Below, piece by piece: positions 58,180 through 64,000 of a stretch of DNA of 64,000 nucleotides. The notes below the pieces were generated by a model. The model was not told the origin of the DNA. It saw nothing but the letters and a program-made list of their open reading frames with translations, and did not search any database. The stretch lies in contig JAPDJH010000001.1 of the NCBI GenBank assembly GCA_029259175.1, positions 96,001 to 160,000 of the forward strand, written 5' to 3'. This DNA is from Hadesarchaea archaeon. GTDB lineage: Archaea; Hadarchaeota; Hadarchaeia; Hadarchaeales; Hadarchaeaceae. The position numbers were made by a program, and so were the translations under genes. The first letter of the stretch is position 1. The number at the start of each line of letters is the position of its first letter.

Positions 58180-59630
58180 GAGGAAAGAAATTCAAGAAGG
58201 TGGAAGGCTACGACGAGCCGCTGGAAATTTGGGAACTACCGAAGATGAGCCCGAAAAAACAACGGGAGCACTATGTCCCCGAGAGTTTTGAACACCGAGC
58301 GAGAATGGATGTGCTACTATGCCGAAAAATCATCGAGGAATACACGGAGCCTGGGGAACTCATCTTAGATCCGATGGCTGGAATAGGTACAACCTTGGTT
58401 GAGGGAGCCTTGCTAAATCATGATGTCATCGGTGTGGAGCTTGAGAAAAAATATGTGGAGATCACAAAAAAGAACATAGAGAAGTTAGAACGATATAGGA
58501 CTCTCGCCCCGAAAGGCAAAGCCATCATAATCCACGGGGACAGTCGCCATCTCTCGCAAATACTCGCCGAGAAAGTGGACTCGGCGGTGTTTTCGCCTCC
58601 GTATTTCATCCCCGTTGGAAAAGTCACTGAAGGTACCCTGCTCTGGAGAATAATGAATGGGAAGGGGCGTTACAAAGACACCATAGGGGGGACGAAGAGC
58701 TATGTGCCTTTCACCCAACATCCAGACAACATCCACAAGTTACGGAGATATGGAAATGTAGATAGCATAGTTAGTAGCCCGCCCTACGGCACTGAGGGGT
58801 TCGCTTCCAAGGATAAGAACCGCACCACCTACTTCCGACAGCTCGGTGCGAAGGTGGGCAAGTACACACGGAAAGATGCTTACAAAAGTCCACACAACAT
58901 TGCCAACTTGAAGTATGTAGAAATAGAAGCAATCGTTTGCTCTCCTCCCTACGGGGACTCGGTGAAAAACAGTGATGATCCAGAGAGGTTAGCCCGAGCG
59001 ATGGAGAGACGCGGCTGGGGCAACCATCACACGCCTGGGCGATTGCGCGGGCTGAAGGTGATATGTAGCGGCTACTCCGATAACAAAGACAACATCGGGA
59101 ACCTCCCCTATGGTAAAATCGGGGCTATCCTTAGCTCGCCACCATACTCTGAAGGCATCGGACACCAAGCGAAGAAGAAAGGTGGAAAGTACTGGCGCTA
59201 CCGCGAGCTAAATCTGCTATACACGGGTTGCTTGAGCAAGGACAATATTGCGAGGCTCAAGCATGGAGATGTCAACTCCGTGATAAAGGAGGAGAAGGAG
59301 CGAAAAAAGCAACAGGAAACATATCTTGAAGCAATGTACAAAATCTACTGCGAGTGCTTTAAAGTTCTCAAACCTGGAGGGAAAATGGTTTTGGTTGTTC
59401 GCCCCTTCTATAAAAACAAAAAGTTAATCCGCCTTGACTTGGACACTCGGAAACTATGCGAACTTGCTGGCTTTCGCTTCCTGGAGGCGAAACTCGTTCC
59501 GGCAAACAAATCGGTTTGGCGCCACATTTACGAGAAGAAGAACCCCAAAGCGAAGAAATCTCTCGTCAACTACGAGTTTGTCCTCGTGTTTGAGAAGCCA
59601 GCGGAAAGGGAGGTGGGCGGAAATGGCTGA
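58173..59630 (+). CDS. Amino-DNA methyltransferase with four tandem SPPY cassettes
   Basis: DPMAGIGTT (motif I), 4x SPPY...NI..L..G, TYL.AM..IY..C..VLKPGG. Confidence 0.85.
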   Translation: MVGGKKFKKVEGYDEPLEIWELPKMSPKKQREHYVPESFEHRARMDVLLCRKIIEEYTEPGELILDPMAGIGTTLVEGALLNHDVIGVELEKKYVEITKKNIEKLERYRTLAPKGKAIIIHGDSRHLSQILAEKVDSAVFSPPYFIPVGKVTEGTLLWRIMNGKGRYKDTIGGTKSYVPFTQHPDNIHKLRRYGNVDSIVSSPPYGTEGFASKDKNRTTYFRQLGAKVGKYTRKDAYKSPHNIANLKYVEIEAIVCSPPYGDSVKNSDDPERLARAMERRGWGNHHTPGRLRGLKVICSGYSDNKDNIGNLPYGKIGAILSSPPYSEGIGHQAKKKGGKYWRYRELNLLYTGCLSKDNIARLKHGDVNSVIKEEKERKKQQETYLEAMYKIYCECFKVLKPGGKMVLVVRPFYKNKKLIRLDLDTRKLCELAGFRFLEAKLVPANKSVWRHIYEKKNPKAKKSLVNYEFVLVFEKPAEREVGGNG

Positions 59631-60042
59631 GAATACCAACGAAGTAAGGATCAACACCGAAATCCGTGGCGAACCCGCTCGGTGGCTTGAGGAGTGGATA
59701 GCAAAGGGCTATGTCTCCTCGTATCGGGACGCCGTGGTGTGTGCCCTGAGAGCCCTACACGAGGAGATAGTCGAGGAGGACATAAAGGACGGGCAGCGGA
59801 GAACCGCCCTAAGGTGCCTCGGCGAGGAAGTCCCGAACAACGGCAATGGCAGGAAGCGGCTGAACTTCACGCTCAACGGGAAGGCTGCCGAATACCTGCG
59901 GGAACTACAAAAGAGGGGGTTGGTTCTCAAAACCCCCGACGCCATCGTTCAGGCGTTCAGAGCATTACATAAGAAAGTGGTTGAGCAGGAACTGAAGGAG
60001 ATTCAGCATAAGCGGGTGTTGAAAGAGCTGGGATACGAATGA
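59623..60042 (+). CDS. Tandem-duplicated RHH-like protein
   Basis: RINTEIRGE..RWL....KG...DAV..ALRALH repeated as RLNFTLNGK..EYL..L.KRG...DAI..AFRALH. Confidence 0.65.
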   Translation: MAENTNEVRINTEIRGEPARWLEEWIAKGYVSSYRDAVVCALRALHEEIVEEDIKDGQRRTALRCLGEEVPNNGNGRKRLNFTLNGKAAEYLRELQKRGLVLKTPDAIVQAFRALHKKVVEQELKEIQHKRVLKELGYE

Positions 60043-60177
60043 ACAAGCATCAGTGCTCCGAAGGCTCTTTTGCCCAGTGTGGGGCGTGAGGCGATTTAGG
60101 TGTCAAACCAGTCTTTTGAAAACTCGTTTGTTTTCCAGTTCTGAAAATCGTGAAATACAAACGGGGAGTTGTTTCTA

Positions 60178-60191
60178 CCCCGCGGGACCAC
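60178..60191 (+). repeat. att-like copy 2 of the tRNA-Tyr 3' end
   Basis: ccccgcgggaccac identical to 22703-22716. Confidence 0.75.
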
Positions 60192-60212
60192 ATCACGCTA
60201 TCTTGCGTCCAT

Positions 60213-60797
60213 TCATCGCTCCTTTGGGCAAAACTCCCGGCGGGGTGGCTGGACTTCCACGACGATCTTCTCCCCCTTCCGCAAGTGCTCGAGCAGCTCG
60301 CGCTCCTCCGGGTCTGTGACCTTCCGCTCGAGGTACTCCCAGTCGATTTGGTCAGCGTACATCGCCAGAAGCTCTTGGAGATCTGTGATGTCCTTGCCCC
60401 TGCGGAAGCTCAGCTTGGATCTGATGATGTCCTCCAGCGAGGCTATCGCGAGTTCCTTCCCCAAGAACCTGACTTTTCTTGCCCGCCGAAAGACCTCCTC
60501 ATCTTCCTCGAGAATCAAATCCACTCCGTAGCACTCGGGGGTCTTCAGCAGGGCCATTCCGAGCTTGTGGAAGTCCTCGCCGCGAAAGGCGAAGCCCCTG
60601 CGGGTGAACTCTTGGACTACGCGCTCCCACTGAGAGCCAGAGACTGCTAAGAGGATGTCGACATCACGAGTGACCCGGATGTAGTCGTAAAGGGCGCAGG
60701 CGACAGCACCCGTCAGGACGTACTCGATGTGGAGTTCACTGAGGATATCAACTGCCTTCAGTGTCACGCGCCCCAGAGGGCCGAGCTTATCCTGCAC
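60213..60797 (-). CDS. Nucleotidyltransferase (AbiEii/DUF6036-like)
   Basis: YVLTGAVA...R.TRDVD, VDL, EDII.SKL..R.KD..D. Confidence 0.8.
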   Translation of the reverse strand: MQDKLGPLGRVTLKAVDILSELHIEYVLTGAVACALYDYIRVTRDVDILLAVSGSQWERVVQEFTRRGFAFRGEDFHKLGMALLKTPECYGVDLILEEDEEVFRRARKVRFLGKELAIASLEDIIRSKLSFRRGKDITDLQELLAMYADQIDWEYLERKVTDPEERELLEHLRKGEKIVVEVQPPRREFCPKER

Positions 60798-61143
60798 GTC
60801 TGCCCGCCTCTCTTATCGCGATGAGAAAACTGAAATTCGCATCCAGCTCACGGAATCTTTGGGCTATTTTGTTCGGGCTGAGCTCTGCAGAGGACCGCAA
60901 CAGTTTCCTCCCCCTGGCCGTGAGCCTCCAGCCGCCCCAGATGGGGTTCTCCACGTAGCCCTCCTGCTTGAGCCCGCTGAGCATCTTGGCCACGGCCCCT
61001 CTGCTCTTCCCCATCCGCTTGACGAGATCGCGGACTTGGGCGACCGGAAGCTCCCCACGCCTGCAGAGCTCCTCGACGATCCTGAGCAAGCGCACCGATT
61101 CCGGTCCCGGCTTCATCTTCACCCGAATCAAGTTAGGTAACAC
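60787..61143 (-). CDS. wHTH protein, partner of the nucleotidyltransferase
   Basis: GKSRGAVAKMLSGLKQEGYV...GGWRLT..G. Confidence 0.7.
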   Translation of the reverse strand: MLPNLIRVKMKPGPESVRLLRIVEELCRRGELPVAQVRDLVKRMGKSRGAVAKMLSGLKQEGYVENPIWGGWRLTARGRKLLRSSAELSPNKIAQRFRELDANFSFLIAIREAGRRAG

Positions 61144-61225
61144 TAGGTATATATGTGTTACCTCATGTCTTTATTGTTCATCAAACCTTAACAATAGAAT
61201 ATGATGAAAAATATAACAAACCTCG

Positions 61226-62350
61226 TTATCTCCTGCTCAGGCGCCTAATCCACTCGGCGAAAAAAATGTCGCCGATTTTCCCCATCTTATCGGGAGGAAT
61301 CCTCTCGACAATCCCTTTCTTCTCTAAAGCGTCATACGCTTTTTTCACATGGGAGGCCGACCTCATGCCGTACCTTTCGATAAATCTTGCTGAAAAGATG
61401 TTCGCATCAGGTTCAAGCGACATCCCACGGAGAAGGTTTCGTTGCCCCCTTCCCCTGAGCAAGTCCCATATCTGCTCATATTCCGCAGAATGGTGGGCGA
61501 TAATACGATCTATCGCTTCCTCTATGATCGAGGCGTCTCTAACATTTTTGTTCAAATTCCAGATCTCGTGGCAGAGCTGCTGAGTGAAATATGGGTGGCC
61601 TTCGGTGTAGTCCAAAATTTTTCCGGCTATCTCCTCCCGGATGCTCCCCCCTGCCTTATGAAACTTCTCGATGATAAAGCGCTTGAACTCTTTGAGAGGG
61701 ATCCTTCCCAGCTCCATCGGCTTGGCGAACCTGAAGAGAGGGCGATCTTCCCGAGAAAACATCTCCAGCAACAATCGGCGCTTGCTCCCAGCGAAAATGT
61801 AGGATGCATGGGCATGGCGTTCGAACTTTGCCTTCATGAGCTTCTCGAGCTTCAACCCGTTGAAATGGAGGATCTCTTGGAACTCGTCGAACGCGATGAT
61901 GACACGTTTTCTCTTTTCCTTCGCAACCATCTCAGGGAGTTCTAGGGCTTCCGCCATTTCTGGTGGGGTTATCTCCCTAGCAATGCTGACTTTCAGACCA
62001 TCTGGCGTTGTGGTGAAGCTGGGGCGCAGGCTAGACAAGAACTTTGTTGCTGACTTGATGGCTCTTTCTATCCTCCCGTAGGCCGCAGCCAAGACCGTCT
62101 CCACAATCCTTTCTGCGAGCGCAGTTTCAGAATCCACCTCATAGAGCTTTATGTGGACGAGAATCGCCTTTTCCCCAAGGCGCCGAGAGAATTCGGCAAT
62201 CAGGGAGGATTTTCCAATTCGTCGAGGGGTGAGCATGAGCACACTTTTTCCAGACAATAGCTCCTGTCGAAGTTCTTTCAGCTCTTGCTCTCGGTCCACG
62301 AAGTTCTCGCCGAAGACTTCAACTCCATACACAAATGGATTCGTTCCCAT
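61226..62350 (-). CDS. Archaeal AAA ATPase (ATPase_2 type) with C-terminal wHTH
   Basis: NPF.YG..V..FVDRE.E, PRRIGKSS, FDEFQ, GS, GHPYFTQ, D.FF..W. Confidence 0.88.
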   Translation of the reverse strand: MGTNPFVYGVEVFGENFVDREQELKELRQELLSGKSVLMLTPRRIGKSSLIAEFSRRLGEKAILVHIKLYEVDSETALAERIVETVLAAAYGRIERAIKSATKFLSSLRPSFTTTPDGLKVSIAREITPPEMAEALELPEMVAKEKRKRVIIAFDEFQEILHFNGLKLEKLMKAKFERHAHASYIFAGSKRRLLLEMFSREDRPLFRFAKPMELGRIPLKEFKRFIIEKFHKAGGSIREEIAGKILDYTEGHPYFTQQLCHEIWNLNKNVRDASIIEEAIDRIIAHHSAEYEQIWDLLRGRGQRNLLRGMSLEPDANIFSARFIERYGMRSASHVKKAYDALEKKGIVERIPPDKMGKIGDIFFAEWIRRLSRR

Positions 62351-62496
62351 GTCATCTATTTAACATGAAAGTTTCCTTTTTATACTTTTTGGTTAATAAC
62401 TTTTTAGTTAATAACCTACTTGTAATCTGTGCTGACCATTCTTTTTTGACATCGAGAAAAACCTTTTCCCGAGCCCGAGCATAGAGTAGTGAAACC

Positions 62497-62872
62497 ATGG
62501 TGAAGATAATGGCGGTGGACGATCGCCCCGAGACTCTGGGTCTGATCGAGAAGATAGTCAAGCGGGCGGGCCACGAGTTCGTGGGGTGCTCGAGCGGCGA
62601 GGAGTGCCTGGAAATCTACGAGCGGGAAAAGCCCGACTTGATTCTGCTCGACATCCTCCTGCCTGGGATGGACGGCTATGAAGTCTTCGAAAAAAATCAA
62701 GGAGCGGAACCCGAAGCAGCTGATCGCGTTCCTCTCAGCCCTCGACATCGCCCCGCGGACCATCGTCAAGCTCAAGCGCTACGGCAACCCGCCCTACATC
62801 ACCAAGCCATTTGATCCGGACGAGCTGGTTCAGCGAATTGAGGAAATCTTGAAGCGTGGGGATCAAACTTGA
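62497..62872 (+). pseudogene. Response regulator receiver, frameshifted in an A7 run (62690-62696)
   Basis: VDD..LLDILLPGMDG in frame 1; KIKE..IAFLSA..YITKPFD in the next frame. Confidence 0.8.
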
Positions 62873-63702
62873 ATATCATTTATGTGGTGACGGCGGCTCT
62901 CGGAGGCCTCGTGGTTTTGGAACTCTTCATCATTCTGAACTCACTCCGCTACACCCGCCAGCTCCTGCGGATCAAAGACCGGCACGAGGCCGAGCTCCGA
63001 CGCGCCCACGAGAAGCTAAAATCTGTGGACCGGCTCAAGACCGAGTTCATGAACATGGCGGCCCACGAGCTCAAGACCCCGCTCGTCCCCATGGTGGGCT
63101 ATCTCCAGCTAATCGACAAGTCCAAGCTGGACCCGGAGGACCGGGAGAATCTGGAAATCGCCATCCGGAACACCAAGCGTTTGCAGCAGCTCGTCCAGGA
63201 CATCCTCGATATCGCCAAGCTCGAGTCGCGGGTGATGAAGTTCAACTGGGAGGATGTGGATCTGACCCGGGTGATCAAGGACTGCACGTCAAGCATTGCC
63301 CCGCTCGCCGAAGAAAAGGGCCTCTACGTGAAAACCGTGATGCCGAAAAAGCTCCCGCCCGTCCGCGGCGACTTCATGCGGTTAAGCCAGGTGCTGACCA
63401 ACCTGCTCAACAACGCCGTGAAGTTCACCGATCGCGGAGGGATCACGGTGCGGGCGCGCAGGAGCGGAGACCAAGTGATTGTGGAGGTCATCGACACGGG
63501 GATCGGCATATCGAAGAAAGACCAGCGAAAGCTCTTCCGCAAGTTCTACCAGACTGAGGCGGGCAAAAAGAAGTTCGGCGGCACCGGCCTTGGCTTGGCC
63601 ATATGCAAGCAGATCATCAAATTCCACCGCGGGCGGATCTGGGTTCACAGCACCCCCGGGAAGGGGTCTACCTTCGCGTTCAGCCTGCCCGTCAGGCAGT
63701 GA
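62869..63702 (+). CDS. Sensor histidine kinase
   Basis: HELKTPL, NLLNNAVKFT, DTGIGI, GTGLGL. Confidence 0.93.
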   Translation: MNIIYVVTAALGGLVVLELFIILNSLRYTRQLLRIKDRHEAELRRAHEKLKSVDRLKTEFMNMAAHELKTPLVPMVGYLQLIDKSKLDPEDRENLEIAIRNTKRLQQLVQDILDIAKLESRVMKFNWEDVDLTRVIKDCTSSIAPLAEEKGLYVKTVMPKKLPPVRGDFMRLSQVLTNLLNNAVKFTDRGGITVRARRSGDQVIVEVIDTGIGISKKDQRKLFRKFYQTEAGKKKFGGTGLGLAICKQIIKFHRGRIWVHSTPGKGSTFAFSLPVRQ

Positions 63703-63890
63703 GTCCGGGGACTGCGCACAGCAGGTCTTCACCATTCAGTGAAATATGAGTGTACTGAACTTGTTCACTCCTGAGCGTGTTTAACCATAAGAACTCGTAT
63801 CATTGGAACTCGCACTTCCAATGGTTTAAAAGCGATTAGAAATACGACTTCCAAAAAAATAAAAAAGGGTTGCTCGCGATATTGGGTTGG

Positions 63891-64000
63891 GCTGGCGGCC
63901 ATAGCGGCGGGGCCACACCCGGTCTCGTCCGATCCCGGAAGTTAAGCCCGCCAGCGATCCGGGTGGTACTGTGGTGCGAGAGCCCACGGGAGGCCCGGGA
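63891..64000 (+). rRNA. rrf: 5S rRNA (3' end off the window)
   Basis: ggcggccatagcggcggggccacacccggtctcgtccgatcccggaagttaagccc...gtactgtggtgcgagagcccacggga. Confidence 0.92.

Larger units (their letters stand above)
22701..60191. mobile_element. tRNA-Tyr-integrated composite element / defence island (segments 22701-45467 and 45468-60191)
   Basis: Integrase abuts the tRNA; tRNA 3'-end repeats at 45454 and 60178; primase-helicase, ParB, RM genes, patchy GC. Confidence 0.8.

Noticed and set aside
22716-60177. Provirus or conjugative element call
   Set aside because: No capsid, terminase, packaging ATPase, VirB4 or coupling protein recognised; only a generic integrative element is supported
62391-62416. 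gttaataac direct repeat as an att or operator
   Set aside because: Short AT-rich repeat in a promoter region, with no match to the tRNA

Overview
Archaeal chromosome segment; the CCA enzyme, class III pilin signal peptides, intron-containing C1:G72 tRNA-Tyr, stand-alone 5S rRNA and TATA/BRE promoters support this. A thermophilic Hadarchaeia-like host is only my inference. 1-22.6 kb is core-like: class V aminotransferase, rubredoxin, interrupted sfsA, thiC, cca, a MinD/KaiC-like/five-pilin cluster with an embedded PLC/S1-P1-family enzyme, nadX-nadC and DUF763. From tRNA-Tyr (22624-22715) an accessory island runs to about 60.2 kb, with two 14-bp copies of the tRNA 3' end (45454-45467 and 60178-60191), so it looks like two tandem or nested integrated elements. 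Segment 1 carries an integrase, a primase-helicase with an iteron-like origin, a beta-CASP/metalloprotease/A24-protease operon, a PLD nuclease and a GHKL + REase + C5-MTase + Mig module. Segment 2 has no integrase and carries a wHTH-nuclease, EVE, an M-S methyltransferase, TWO tandem R.PabI-family restriction glycosylases (one apparently catalytically dead), further nucleases, a glycosylase, ParB and a methyltransferase with four tandem SPPY cassettes. After it come an AbiE-like pair, an ATPase, a two-component system and a partial 5S rRNA. Best candidates for new biology: a heterodimeric PabI-type restriction glycosylase system, the quadruplicated-active-site MTase, and a cryptic beta-CASP-metalloprotease-wHTH fusion split by a C8 tract. 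All family calls come from motifs recognised by eye, not from database searches.
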